A DNA stretch of 63,124 bases, filler included. It is 3 parts of 3 records of this genome, joined end to end, with 100 filler letters (N's around TTAATTAATTAA, not from the genome) between each part and the next. Parts side by side here need not be neighbours in the genome. Positions count along the whole stretch, not along the records: positions 1 to 12,993 come from SRR31156797_5332; positions 13,094 to 31,854 come from SRR31156797_5334; 1 more part is not named here. One strand, 5' to 3'. Below are positions 10,422 through 20,850 of the stretch, in pieces. The position numbers and the translations under genes are program-made. Numbering within the stretch: position 1 is the first letter of the stretch; every line of letters starts with the position of its first letter. The notes beneath the pieces were generated by a model, which saw only the letters and a program-made list of their open reading frames with translations, was not told where the DNA came from and did no database searches.

Positions 10422-10457
10422 TGCACCAAATCTATCTTACTGCACCATCGTGGTTAG
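10422..10457. promoter_or_regulatory. Putative NtrC-type enhancer sites
   Basis: TGCACCA at 10422 and TGCACCATCGTGGTTAG at 10441, compared with NtrC consensus TGCACCA-N3-TGGTGCA. They lie 150-185 bp upstream of the sigma54 element. Confidence 0.45.
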
Positions 10458-10484
10458 TAAGATGTTAAACGCAAAAACCATTTG

Positions 10485-11864
10485 TTAACATTCAATGGCA
10501 TTAACCGCTAATCCACCGCGAGAAGTTTCTTTGTATTTATCTTGCATATCACGCCCGGTGTCCCTCATGGTACGAATCACTTTATCTAAAGAAATAAAAT
10601 GCTGACCATCTCCTCTCAATGCCATATTTGCCGCATTAATCGATTTCACCGCTGCGATAGCATTTCTTTCTATACAGGGAACCTGAACTAAGCCGCCTAC
10701 GGGATCACAAGTCAGACCAAGGTTATGTTCCAAAGCGATTTCGGCCGCATTTTCAACCTGTTCAGGTGTACCGCCTAACACTTCAGCTAATCCTGCCGCT
10801 GCCATCGCACTAGCAGACCCTACTTCTCCCTGACAACCGACCTCGGCTCCGGAGATGGAAGCATTCTTTTTACATAACGAGCCCACTGCCGTCGCTGCCA
10901 GCATGAAAGTGACAACATCCTTTGGCTTTGCTTTAGGATGAAACTTCATGTGGTACATCAAGACTGCCGGAATGATCCCTGCGGCCCCATTAGTGGGTGC
11001 CGTCACCATGCGACCACCAGCAGCATTTTCTTCATTCACCGCCAGAGCGTATAAGTTCACCCAGTCCATACCACTCAGTGTTGAATAGATAACGTGATCT
11101 TCCGTTGATTCCACCAGCGCTTTGTGCAACGAAGCCGCGCGACGCTTAACATTCAATCCTCCCGGCAAAATACCCGTGTTCTCAATACCATTTGCGATGC
11201 ATTCCTGCATAACTTGCCATAAATGATAGATATTGGCTTTTACATCAGACTTATTGATTGAAGCACATTCATTCTTCAACACCAATTCACTGATTTTGAG
11301 CTTATGTTGTTGGCAAATTTTAAGAAGCTCTTCACCTGTACTAAACGGATAAGGAAGATCGATAAGAGCATTCTCTGAAGATTCAGTTTCTATGTCAGCT
11401 TCATCAACAACAAATCCACCACCAATTGAATAGTAGGTTTTCTCTTTGATTAAATTTTGTTCGGCATCGTAAACCGCTAACGTCATCGCATTTGGGTGAT
11501 AGTCTAAAACCTGATCATCAAAAACAAGATGAGTATTCCACTCAAATCTTATCGAACGTTTACTGGCCAGCATCAGTGTGTTGGTTTCGCACACGGCTTT
11601 AATCGTGGGATCAATCAGTGACGGGTCGATAAGATCAGGTTGGTGCCCCATTAATCCCATGACAACCGCCTTATCTGTACTGTGGCCTAATCCCGTCGCA
11701 CTTAAAGATCCAAACAACGTAATAACGACATTCTCAACCCGATAGATTTGCTCTGACTTTTCCAACTCATTAACAAACAGGTATGCCGCTTTCATTGGGC
11801 CTACAGTGTGAGAGCTCGACGGACCAATACCTACTTTAAACAAATCAAACACACTAATATTCAT
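10485..11864 (-). CDS. sdaA: L-serine ammonia-lyase (Fe-S, single chain; sdaA or sdaB paralog)
   Basis: [61 protein letters not shown]. Confidence 0.93.
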   Translation of the reverse strand: MNISVFDLFKVGIGPSSSHTVGPMKAAYLFVNELEKSEQIYRVENVVITLFGSLSATGLGHSTDKAVVMGLMGHQPDLIDPSLIDPTIKAVCETNTLMLASKRSIRFEWNTHLVFDDQVLDYHPNAMTLAVYDAEQNLIKEKTYYSIGGGFVVDEADIETESSENALIDLPYPFSTGEELLKICQQHKLKISELVLKNECASINKSDVKANIYHLWQVMQECIANGIENTGILPGGLNVKRRAASLHKALVESTEDHVIYSTLSGMDWVNLYALAVNEENAAGGRMVTAPTNGAAGIIPAVLMYHMKFHPKAKPKDVVTFMLAATAVGSLCKKNASISGAEVGCQGEVGSASAMAAAGLAEVLGGTPEQVENAAEIALEHNLGLTCDPVGGLVQVPCIERNAIAAVKSINAANMALRGDGQHFISLDKVIRTMRDTGRDMQDKYKETSRGGLAVNAIEC

Positions 11865-11914
11865 GACACTCCCCTAAGAAATTTAGATACCTATATAACC
11901 TTAGGTATAAATGA

Positions 11915-11978
11915 ATTATCGGGCAGCTATGGTTTCAAGAAGAGTTCTGAAACGACATCTTAAAGACTAATGTCGACT
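11915..11978 (-). promoter_or_regulatory. Putative GbdR-activated promoter of the serine dehydratase gene
   Basis: Minus strand reads AGTCG-N16-TGTCGTTTCAGAAC..TTGAAA-N12-GATAAT, matching 8883-8946. Confidence 0.6.
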
Positions 11979-11991
11979 CGAAGTGAAAGGG

Positions 11992-12026
11992 AAAAATAAA
12001 AAAGGTGGGAATAGATACCTCCCACC
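11992..12026 (-). terminator. Probable terminator after purU
   Basis: GGTGGGA-N9-TCCCACC stem followed on the minus strand by a long T-run. Confidence 0.6.
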
Positions 12027-12037
12027 AGAAAAGGCAA

Positions 12038-12907
12038 CTAGTTACTAAAGACGACAGTACGTTTACCACTTAAGAAAACACGTTTTTCTACGTGGTAACG
12101 AACAGCATTAAACAAGGTAATACGTTCAATATCCTGCCCCTTGGAGATCAGTTCTTCCGGATAATGAGCATGGTCAACGGTTTGTATGCCCTGAGTAATG
12201 ATCGGTCCTTCATCGAGATCATTATTTACGTAATGCGCTGTCGCTCCCACCATTTTCACCCCTTTTTCCCAGGCTTGATGATACGGACGAGCCCCTTTAA
12301 ATCCTGGCAACAAAGAGTGATGGATATTAATCGCTTTACCATCGAGGTATTCACACATTCCCGGCGATAACACCTGCATATATCGGGCGAGTACCGTCAG
12401 GTCAATCTCATACTGTTCCAGCAAAGCTAAAATTTGCTGTTCCTGTTCAAGCTTGGTTTCTGCGGTAATTGGCAAGTAGTAATACGGAATATTATGCCAC
12501 TTCGCTAATGGCTCTAGATCCGGATGATTTGAAATGATCACTGGTATTTCAATATTCAACTGACCCGTACGAACACGGAACAGAAGATCGTTTAAGCAGT
12601 GATCATATTTAGAAACCAGAATGGCTACACGTTCTTTTTGTGAAGAGGGAGACAAGTCCCACTTCATGCCAAAAGAGTTCGCTCGCTCCGAAAATTCTTG
12701 GTTGAACAGGTCAACGGAAAACACTTCATTCTGCGGTGTAAATTCTATACGCAAAAAGAACTGTTCTTGAACACGATCATCAAACGAATGAATTTCATTA
12801 ATGTAATTCCCTGATTCAGCCATATAACGCGTGACAACATCGACGGTACCTAAGCGGCTTGAACAACTACCGGTAAAAATCCATGTACCTGATTTACTTC
12901 TATCCAT
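12038..12907 (-). CDS. purU: Formyltetrahydrofolate deformylase
   Basis: ILVSKYDHCLNDLL, LARYMQVLS, INIHHSLLPGFKGARPYHQA, LDEGPII. ATG 12907 has a GGAG RBS (the track starts at 12919). Confidence 0.95.
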   Translation of the reverse strand: MDRSKSGTWIFTGSCSSRLGTVDVVTRYMAESGNYINEIHSFDDRVQEQFFLRIEFTPQNEVFSVDLFNQEFSERANSFGMKWDLSPSSQKERVAILVSKYDHCLNDLLFRVRTGQLNIEIPVIISNHPDLEPLAKWHNIPYYYLPITAETKLEQEQQILALLEQYEIDLTVLARYMQVLSPGMCEYLDGKAINIHHSLLPGFKGARPYHQAWEKGVKMVGATAHYVNNDLDEGPIITQGIQTVDHAHYPEELISKGQDIERITLFNAVRYHVEKRVFLSGKRTVVFSN

Positions 12908-12993
12908 GAGGAGCTCCATAAAATTAAGCCGAGCAATGGTCGCCCGGCTTTTAGGGTTTGTTTACCTTTTGCGATGATTTTTGCAGCAATTTG

Positions 12994-13093
12994 NNNNNNN
13001 NNNNNNNNNNNNNNNNNNNNNNNNNNNNNNNNNNNNNTTAATTAATTAANNNNNNNNNNNNNNNNNNNNNNNNNNNNNNNNNNNNNNNNNNNN
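12994..13093. other. Artificial contig linker (N44-TTAATTAATTAA-N44)
   Basis: 100-bp N spacer with a six-frame stop sequence. Composition and apparent taxonomy change across it. Confidence 0.98.
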
Positions 13094-13165
13094 GGTAAAG
13101 CTTGATTTTCAAATTGAGCTAATAGTACTTTTGAGACAGCCTCTCATATCATATTTGAAAAAAAA

Positions 13166-13423
13166 TTACAATCCTAGAGCTTCAGCTTCAGCATCAGAAG
13201 TTTCATCATTCTTTTTCTCAAAATCTTTATCCTTTTTTTCTTCAAATGCTGAATCTTTTTTTACATCAAGCTCTTTTTCTTCTTCAACCTTAATATCTGC
13301 CTCTGTATCCTTTTTCATTTCAGTCTTCTCTGTATCTTTTTTAACATCTTTAGTTTCACCTGAACCACAAGACATTAATGCCAGAAACAATAAGGCAATT
13401 GCTACATAAGTAATAATTTTCAT
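13166..13423 (-). CDS. Small, highly charged (K/E/D-rich) lipoprotein
   Basis: MKIITYVAIALLFLALMSC lipobox followed by a low-complexity charged tail. Confidence 0.7.
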   Translation of the reverse strand: MKIITYVAIALLFLALMSCGSGETKDVKKDTEKTEMKKDTEADIKVEEEKELDVKKDSAFEEKKDKDFEKKNDETSDAEAEALGL

Positions 13424-13484
13424 AACAGTAATTTTAAATTTAGTTGAATATCTTTTTAAAGTTCAAATCAATTAATCGATCATT

Positions 13485-14426
13485 TTATCGTTTATCTCTC
13501 ACAAAGCGAAAACCATACATAAAGTAGTTAGTATACTCTCCAACACTCACCCGATAACGGGTACGGCAAGCTTTTGATTGATCACCCCAGCTACCACCAC
13601 GTAGCACTCTTGAATTACCTGATTTTGGGCCTTGTGGATTTTCCTTCGGACTAAAACCATAATAATCGCGATCGTATTTATCAATGCACCATTCATATAC
13701 ATTTCCTGTCATATCATAAATCCCCAATTCATTGGGATTCTTTTGTCCAACTGGCTGGGTACCATGTCCTTCATAAAAATCAGAACTTTGTAGTCCCGTA
13801 GAGTTCTCATAATGCCAACCAACTTCATCCAAATTATTACTTCCGCTGTAAATAAATCCTCCACTTTTATTGCCACCCCTTGCAGCAAACTCCCATTCTG
13901 CTTCGGTAGGTAATCTTCCACCTGCCCATTTACAAAAGGCTGCTGCCCCAAACCAACTTACCTCAACCACCGGGTAATTCTCCTTACCGGGTTCTGGTAC
14001 AAACTTACCATCCACATAAGTAATTTGACTTAAGCTTTCATCAATGGAGATAAACTGCTTGCCGTTTTTCGTAGCATTTTGTCCAATACCGGATTTATTT
14101 AAAAAAACACAAAATTGCCAGTTTGTTATTTCATAGCGACTTATGTAAAAATCATCAATACTCACCTCATGTAAAGGTGTTTCATCAACACCGCATTCCT
14201 CCTGGTTCTGATCACAACCCATCATGTAAGTTCCGCCTTCAACAGCAACCAAATCCAACTCTACACCACATGAATCATCCACATAATCCTCAAATGGGTC
14301 AGCACCTTTCAGAAAGTCCCAAAACGAACCCTGATATTCAGTTTCAGCCATAGCCCCACTCTGACCACTGGCAAGATGTGCGATAAATGTTAGGAAAAAA
14401 AAGACTTTAAAAAAGGCATTTCTCAT
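13485..14426 (-). CDS. Exported formylglycine-generating enzyme (SUMF1/FGE-sulfatase) domain protein
   Basis: Signal peptide. GGTYMMG, RLPTEAEWEFAARGG, PNELGIYDMTGNVYEWC, RVLRGGSW and GFR motifs. Confidence 0.88.
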   Translation of the reverse strand: MRNAFFKVFFFLTFIAHLASGQSGAMAETEYQGSFWDFLKGADPFEDYVDDSCGVELDLVAVEGGTYMMGCDQNQEECGVDETPLHEVSIDDFYISRYEITNWQFCVFLNKSGIGQNATKNGKQFISIDESLSQITYVDGKFVPEPGKENYPVVEVSWFGAAAFCKWAGGRLPTEAEWEFAARGGNKSGGFIYSGSNNLDEVGWHYENSTGLQSSDFYEGHGTQPVGQKNPNELGIYDMTGNVYEWCIDKYDRDYYGFSPKENPQGPKSGNSRVLRGGSWGDQSKACRTRYRVSVGEYTNYFMYGFRFVRDKR

Positions 14427-14628
14427 TTTTCAATATTGAATCTCAAATTTACAATGATTTGGTTAGACTAAAAAACGACAATTTAAAGATTAAGTTACAA
14501 ATAGCTCATCAAACGTGCTTATTATAGGAAAAATTAATCTTATTTCCTCTAGACAAATTCTTTTATTCTAGAAAAAGGCTTTTCATACACACATTTTTTT
14601 TCGAAATTTGCAAACTTAATCAAATTGT

Positions 14629-16944
14629 ATGCACGAATATTTAAAACAACTAAACTCATCACAAAAAGAAGCTGTAGTAAATTACAAAGGACCTTCGCTG
14701 GTTATTGCAGGTGCAGGATCAGGTAAAACGCGGGTTTTAACTTACCGCATTGCACATCTTCTGGCCAATGGCGTTCCTCCATACAAAATACTTGCCCTCA
14801 CCTTCACAAATAAAGCTGCACGTGAAATGAAGGACCGTATTGGAGTAATTGTTGGAAGTGAACTGGCTTCGCAGCTTTGGATGGGTACTTTCCACTCTAT
14901 TTTTGCAAAAATATTGCGATACGAATCAGCCTATTTAGGTTATGAATCAAATTATACAATATATGATACTGCTGACAGTAAAAACCTTATTAAAAGCATA
15001 GTAAAAGATAAAAAACTTGATGAAAAAGCCTATAAACCAGGTATGATTCTCGGTAGAATATCTCGTGCAAAAAACAATTTAATTACACCTAAAACTTATC
15101 AAAACAATTCTAAATATTATAGCACAGATCAAGCTCATAGAATTCCACATACAGGCGAAGTCTATGCTGCGTACATGCAACGCTGCAAAATTGCCGGCGC
15201 TATGGATTTCGATGATCTTTTGATGAATACCAACATCCTTTTACGTGATCATAAAGAAGTGCTGGAAAAGTACCAAAGTAAATTCGATTACATTTTGGTT
15301 GATGAGTATCAGGATACCAACTTTGCCCAATATCTCATCATAAAAAAACTGGCCGAACAACACCATAATATTTGTGTGGTAGGTGATGATGCTCAGAGTA
15401 TTTACGGTTTTAGAGGAGCAAAAATTGAAAATATTCTGAATTTTCAAAAAGACTACCCCAATTTAAATATCTACAAGCTTGAACATAACTATCGCTCCAC
15501 AAAAAACATTGTAAATGCCGCCGGAAGCGTCATAAAACATAATCAACGACAATTACCCAAAAAGATTTACACTGAAAATGACGAAGGGGAAAAAATAAAA
15601 GTTATCCGTGCCATTACAGAAGTTGAAGAAGGTCATTTAATTGCCAATGACATTCAGGAGAAACGGTTGAGTAATCAATTAATGTTTAACGATTTTGCCA
15701 TCCTTTACCGTACCAACGCACAATCGCGTATACTGGAAGAAGCCTTACGAAAAAGAAACATTCCTTATCAAATATATGGTGGACTTTCTTTTTATCAACG
15801 TAAAGAAATTAAAGATTTAGTAGCATACATGCGGTTAACAGTTAATACAAATGATGATGAAGCTTTAAAACGTGTGATTAACTATCCGGCCAGAGGTATT
15901 GGAGCTACTACATTAACTAAACTGATAAATGCTGCCGTTCAAAATGATATCCCCATTTGGAATGTGATAAATTTACCACAGCAATATAACGTGAATATCA
16001 ACAGCGGAACACAAAAGAAATTGCAAGGATTTATAGCACTTATCAATCAATTCAAACAAGTTACTGAAACAGAAGATGCTTATGATACAGCCACTCATAT
16101 TGCCTCCACAACCGGGATATTAAAAGATTTATATAATGACCAATCACCTGAAGGTCGCAGCAGGTACGAAAATATCCAGGAATTGCTAAACGGAATCAAA
16201 GATTTTGTATCATCAGCATTTGAAGAAGGACAGGAAACTAAACTGGCTTATTATATTGAAAATGTTTCATTGCTCACTGATTTGGATAAAGATGATGAGC
16301 GAGGTTCCGACAAGGTTACCTTAATGACCATCCATATGGCAAAAGGACTCGAATTTCCACATCTATACCTTGCCGGATTAGAAGAAGGACTATTTCCATC
16401 GAACATGTCATTAGAAACACCCGAAGACATTGAAGAAGAGCGCAGACTATTTTACGTAGCACTTACAAGAGCAGAAAAAACCGCCTCTATATTTTGGTCG
16501 CAAACACGCTATAAATGGGGCTCTGCAGAATCAAAAGTTCCCAGTCGATTTTTAAAAGAGTTAGATCCTGAGTATATTGAAAACAATGGTGGCAGCTGGC
16601 AAGATGAGCCACTTATAGAATCAGGACAATCAGTTTTCAAAAGGGAAACATCTAAACCAGCTTTTGGTAATAGGTCTAGTGGGCAAACCATTCGATTCAA
16701 ACAACAGAGGCAACCTCTTAAAAGAAGTGGATCAACACAAAATGCTTCAACACCTGACTTCACTCCTGATCCTCCGGAAAAAATTAAAAATGGACAAATG
16801 GTGATGCACCAAAGATTTGGAAGGGGACATATTACTAACATTGAAGGTGATGGAACCAACAGAAAAGCCACAGTACAATTTGCCAGTGGCCGTAAAACAT
16901 TGCTACTACGATTTGCCAAATTGAAGATTATTGGTAATGAATAA
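14629..16944 (+). CDS. pcrA: ATP-dependent DNA helicase PcrA/UvrD
   Basis: AGAGSGKT, TFTNKAA, VDEYQDTN, VGDDAQSIYGFRGA, EEERRLFYVALTRA, and a C-terminal Tudor-like HQRFGRG domain. Confidence 0.95.
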   Translation: MHEYLKQLNSSQKEAVVNYKGPSLVIAGAGSGKTRVLTYRIAHLLANGVPPYKILALTFTNKAAREMKDRIGVIVGSELASQLWMGTFHSIFAKILRYESAYLGYESNYTIYDTADSKNLIKSIVKDKKLDEKAYKPGMILGRISRAKNNLITPKTYQNNSKYYSTDQAHRIPHTGEVYAAYMQRCKIAGAMDFDDLLMNTNILLRDHKEVLEKYQSKFDYILVDEYQDTNFAQYLIIKKLAEQHHNICVVGDDAQSIYGFRGAKIENILNFQKDYPNLNIYKLEHNYRSTKNIVNAAGSVIKHNQRQLPKKIYTENDEGEKIKVIRAITEVEEGHLIANDIQEKRLSNQLMFNDFAILYRTNAQSRILEEALRKRNIPYQIYGGLSFYQRKEIKDLVAYMRLTVNTNDDEALKRVINYPARGIGATTLTKLINAAVQNDIPIWNVINLPQQYNVNINSGTQKKLQGFIALINQFKQVTETEDAYDTATHIASTTGILKDLYNDQSPEGRSRYENIQELLNGIKDFVSSAFEEGQETKLAYYIENVSLLTDLDKDDERGSDKVTLMTIHMAKGLEFPHLYLAGLEEGLFPSNMSLETPEDIEEERRLFYVALTRAEKTASIFWSQTRYKWGSAESKVPSRFLKELDPEYIENNGGSWQDEPLIESGQSVFKRETSKPAFGNRSSGQTIRFKQQRQPLKRSGSTQNASTPDFTPDPPEKIKNGQMVMHQRFGRGHITNIEGDGTNRKATVQFASGRKTLLLRFAKLKIIGNE

Positions 16945-17069
16945 CTACTACTAAAATTTGAAATAGATATAAATTTCAAATACTAAAAAAAATAACTAAT
17001 TTTACACCGATAGCTAATTGACTGCTATTAACTTCAACACTATAGCTTACCAACGAAAACAAATAATAA

Positions 17070-17663
17070 ATGGATTACAACACGAATAGAGAGAAACTGA
17101 TCTTACCTGAGTATGGACGACATATCCAGAAACTTGTAGATCACATGAAGGCAATTGAAGATAAAGACGAACGATCTAGATTTGCGCATGCCCTTGTTCC
17201 AATTATGGCTCAGGTTAATACAAATATTAAAGAAAATGGCGATTTCAAACATAAGCTTTGGGATCATTTATATATTATGGCTGACTTTGATCTGGATATT
17301 GATGCTCCTTACGAAATGCCTAAACGTGAAGTTCTCAATAAAAAGCCAGATAGACTGCCATACACACAAGGAAAGTTCAAGAAAAAACACTATGGTAAAA
17401 TCATTCAGAAAATGATGGACCAAATAGATAAATATGAAGGTGAAGAACAGGATGCATTGGTAGAACTTTTAGCCAATCAGCTTAAAAAATCATACGTGAA
17501 ATGGAATAAAGAATCAGTAAATGACGATGTAATTCTAAATGATTTTGTGGAGTTAGCTGAAAAAGACATTAACTTTAAAGAAGACATAAAACTTGTGGAA
17601 GCTCGCGAAATCATGTCAAAACCAAGTAAAAAGAAAAAAGTAACCCGCAAAAACCGCAAATAA
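17070..17663 (+). CDS. DUF4290 domain protein (Bacteroidetes gene typically preceding murA)
   Basis: MDYNTNREKLILPEYGRHIQK...HKLWDHL. Overlaps the murA start (TAATG). Confidence 0.85.
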   Translation: MDYNTNREKLILPEYGRHIQKLVDHMKAIEDKDERSRFAHALVPIMAQVNTNIKENGDFKHKLWDHLYIMADFDLDIDAPYEMPKREVLNKKPDRLPYTQGKFKKKHYGKIIQKMMDQIDKYEGEEQDALVELLANQLKKSYVKWNKESVNDDVILNDFVELAEKDINFKEDIKLVEAREIMSKPSKKKKVTRKNRK

Positions 17664-18970
17664 TGGCTAGTTTTGTTATTGAAGGTGGACACCAATTAAA
17701 AGGTGAAATAATCCCGCAAGGGGCAAAAAACGAAGCACTACAAGTAATATGTGCTGTATTATTAACCGACCAGGAAGTTACAATCGACAATATCCCATCC
17801 ATCAGAGACGTGCATAAGCTTATTGAGCTGTTGAGTGGAATGAATGTCAAAGTAACACAAAACAGTCCATCCTCATATACATTCAAAGCCGACGAAGTTA
17901 ACCTTGATTACCTCAAAACAGAAGAATTCAGTCAACAAAGTCAAAGCATTAGAGGTTCAATCATGATTGCCGGCCCCCTTCTTGCCCGTTTCGGAGAAGT
18001 TTTTATTCCACGTCCGGGTGGCGATAAAATTGGTCGTCGCAGATTAGACACCCATTTTGTAGGATTAAATAAACTTGGTGCCGATTTCCATTATGATGCT
18101 GAAAAAAGCGCATTTACAGCCAAAACTAAGCGTCTTAAAGGAGCTTCTATGCTATTAGAAGAAGCCAGTGTAACGGGTACAGCTAATGTATTAATGGGAG
18201 CAGTTTTAGCCGAAGGAAAAACCACTATTTATAACGCAGCTTGCGAACCATATTTGCAGCAATTATCAAAAATGTTGGTAAAGATGGGTGCTAAAATTTC
18301 TGGTATCGCTTCTAACCTTCTCATTGTTGAAGGTGTTGAAAAATTAGATGGGTGTATTCATTCTTGTTTGCCGGACATGATTGAAGTAGGTTCATTCATT
18401 GGAATGGCAGCTATGACACAAAGTGAAATCACCATCAAAAATGCAGGTATTCAGCATCTTGGAATTATCCCACGTGCTTTTGAAAAATTAGGTATTGCCT
18501 TTCGCTTCGAAAATGACGATATTCATATTCCTGCTCAGTCCAGGTACGAAATAGAAAAATTTATCGATGGGTCAATACTTACTATTGATGATGCTCCATG
18601 GCCTGGACTTACGCCAGATTTGCTTTCAATAATATTAGTGGTAGCAACCCAGGCCAATGGAAGTGTTGTAATCCATCAAAAAATGTTTGAATCCAGACTA
18701 TTTTTCGTTGATAAATTAATTGATATGGGTGCACAAATTATTTTATGTGACCCACATAGAGCTACAGTTATTGGAACTAACCGAGCCAATAAATTAAGAC
18801 CAACAGTTATGACCAGCCCTGACATCAGAGCGGGAGTTGCATTACTTATTGCTGCCCTCTCTGCCGATGGAGTTAGCCAAATTCACAATATTGAACAAAT
18901 AGACCGTGGATACCAAAATATTGACGGCAGATTAAATGCACTTGGCGCAAAAATTACCAGATTACAATAA
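17663..18970 (+). CDS. murA: UDP-N-acetylglucosamine 1-carboxyvinyltransferase
   Basis: QGAKNEAL, PGGDKIGRR, SVTGTAN, MFESR, SPDIRAG, IDRGY. Confidence 0.96.
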   Translation: MASFVIEGGHQLKGEIIPQGAKNEALQVICAVLLTDQEVTIDNIPSIRDVHKLIELLSGMNVKVTQNSPSSYTFKADEVNLDYLKTEEFSQQSQSIRGSIMIAGPLLARFGEVFIPRPGGDKIGRRRLDTHFVGLNKLGADFHYDAEKSAFTAKTKRLKGASMLLEEASVTGTANVLMGAVLAEGKTTIYNAACEPYLQQLSKMLVKMGAKISGIASNLLIVEGVEKLDGCIHSCLPDMIEVGSFIGMAAMTQSEITIKNAGIQHLGIIPRAFEKLGIAFRFENDDIHIPAQSRYEIEKFIDGSILTIDDAPWPGLTPDLLSIILVVATQANGSVVIHQKMFESRLFFVDKLIDMGAQIILCDPHRATVIGTNRANKLRPTVMTSPDIRAGVALLIAALSADGVSQIHNIEQIDRGYQNIDGRLNALGAKITRLQ

Positions 18971-19021
18971 AACAATCTGGGAAGTTTATCGTTAGCCATT
19001 AAAATGAAATAACCAACCTAT

Positions 19022-19531
19022 ATGAGACTAATTTTTGCTATTTTTCTAACAACCACATTAACTTTCGCTTACGGTCAACAAACTGGAACGCAAATCGGAC
19101 AAATTGCACCTGAAATTACCAATACAACTCCCAATGGGAAACAACTATCACTTTCAGAATTAAAAGGCAAATTGGTATTGATTGATTTTTGGGCATCATG
19201 GTGTAGACCTTGTCGTTACGAAAACCCAAATCTTGTAAATGCATATAACAAATTCAAAGACAAAGAATTTGTCAATGGATCAGGATTCACAATTTTCAGT
19301 GTTTCATTGGACAAGAATAAAAAACAATGGATTGAAGCCATCAAAGCTGACAATCTGGTGTGGGAATATCATGTTAGTGATTTAAAAGGATGGTATGCGA
19401 TGCCAGCTCAAAAATATGGTGTAAGAAGCATTCCAAGTAACTTCCTAATTGATGAAAATGGGAAAATTGTAGCCAAAGACTTGCGTGGACCAAGATTAGA
19501 AGATGTATTAAAACAATTGGAGAAAAAGTAA
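19022..19531 (+). CDS. TlpA/ResA-like thiol-disulfide oxidoreductase
   Basis: Signal peptide, LIDFWASWCRPCR, IPSNFLID..GKI. Confidence 0.9.
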   Translation: MRLIFAIFLTTTLTFAYGQQTGTQIGQIAPEITNTTPNGKQLSLSELKGKLVLIDFWASWCRPCRYENPNLVNAYNKFKDKEFVNGSGFTIFSVSLDKNKKQWIEAIKADNLVWEYHVSDLKGWYAMPAQKYGVRSIPSNFLIDENGKIVAKDLRGPRLEDVLKQLEKK

Positions 19532-19532
19532 A

Positions 19533-20810
19533 CTATTTAATATAGAGTTTCAACATTTGTTCAATGGCATCTTGGCAGGCTACACAAAACCCTTCTGCTG
19601 TATTGGTATTCATTTTGCAATCCATTGATGGACTATAAACACCTTTTGACATATATGCACCTCCTTCAAAAACCCCTGTTTTACCTTTATATTTATTATC
19701 TCTAGGTGTTGGAACGGGTGTTCCTTTAGAAATTAAATCTTTCCATTTACCATCAAAAGCAACAAGCGTTGTAATATTCGGATTCCAGGGTTCTTTCTTC
19801 GTATCGAGCATATCTTCATAACTCACTTCACTATCATAATATTCGTCAGCCAAACCACCAAAATGATGACCAAATTCATGTACAAACACTTCTTCGCCCC
19901 AATCACTATCTGCAGCAAAAACAGAAAAATGATTGAAAATTCCCCCACCACCATAACGCTTGGTATTAACCATAATTAAAGCATAATCATATGGAGCTGA
20001 AGCAGCCACATCTTTCATTTTAAAATATTCGGTAATAGTAAGGTAACGTGAAAGATTTAAAGAATTAAAATGACTATTTAAAGCTGTGTTTTTATAAATC
20101 TCTTTCCGTGGTTCTGTTGTACCAGGTTCCATTGACTCCGGATGAACTAACCAAATATTAATTCCGGATTTATATTTATTAAAAGGTTTTTGCGAAAGCA
20201 AATATTTTGCAAATCTTTTGGTATCCTCAATTGCTTTAATTGAATCTGAAACTAAATAACCCTCTGCTATAAAAACCAAATCCAAACTATTAGATGGCTC
20301 TCCTTTACCTAAAATTCTTTGAGCTTTATAAATAGGATTCTTCTTTATGAAAAACTCTTTCTGAGGATTGATATTCCATGCACTTAATAGTTCAAACCCA
20401 TCTTTTTTTCGCAAGCGCAACTCCACTTTTATCTTATTTTTCGGAAATGGAATATTAATTGACTGCTCAAAACTTACAGGTCCTTTTCGAGTTAAGGCTG
20501 TAGTTTGCCATTCTTCAAATAAAGTTGAAAAACCGTTTCTAAAAATAAGCTGACCATTCTCACTGTAAACATCTAACCTGTATGTACCGTAGTCCATAGG
20601 CCAAACTAAACTCTTTTCATTACCAGACCAGTGCGGCTCTTCTATCAAATTTACCAAACCTGCAGTCTGGGAAGATTTTGTTCCCGTCAAAATAAAATCA
20701 ATTCGCAAAGACTTGTTGAAATTAAAGAAATCTGAAGGCTCGCTTTGAGCTAAAATTGGCTGACTAAATAAATAAATTAGTAAACTAAAAAATATGCTTA
20801 TTCTTATCAT
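19533..20810 (-). CDS. Peptidase M64 (IgA peptidase-like) metalloprotease
   Basis: Signal peptide, VFIAEGY, YGGGG, HEFGHHFGGLADEY, C-terminal CKM...FCVAC. Confidence 0.9.
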   Translation of the reverse strand: MIRISIFFSLLIYLFSQPILAQSEPSDFFNFNKSLRIDFILTGTKSSQTAGLVNLIEEPHWSGNEKSLVWPMDYGTYRLDVYSENGQLIFRNGFSTLFEEWQTTALTRKGPVSFEQSINIPFPKNKIKVELRLRKKDGFELLSAWNINPQKEFFIKKNPIYKAQRILGKGEPSNSLDLVFIAEGYLVSDSIKAIEDTKRFAKYLLSQKPFNKYKSGINIWLVHPESMEPGTTEPRKEIYKNTALNSHFNSLNLSRYLTITEYFKMKDVAASAPYDYALIMVNTKRYGGGGIFNHFSVFAADSDWGEEVFVHEFGHHFGGLADEYYDSEVSYEDMLDTKKEPWNPNITTLVAFDGKWKDLISKGTPVPTPRDNKYKGKTGVFEGGAYMSKGVYSPSMDCKMNTNTAEGFCVACQDAIEQMLKLYIK

Positions 20811-20850
20811 TTTTACTTATTTTCGTTTAAAATAACAAAATTAATGCCCA

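Noticed and set aside
13038-13049. TTAATTAATTAA palindrome inside N runs (also 31899-31910)
   Set aside because: Synthetic six-frame-stop linker, not biological.
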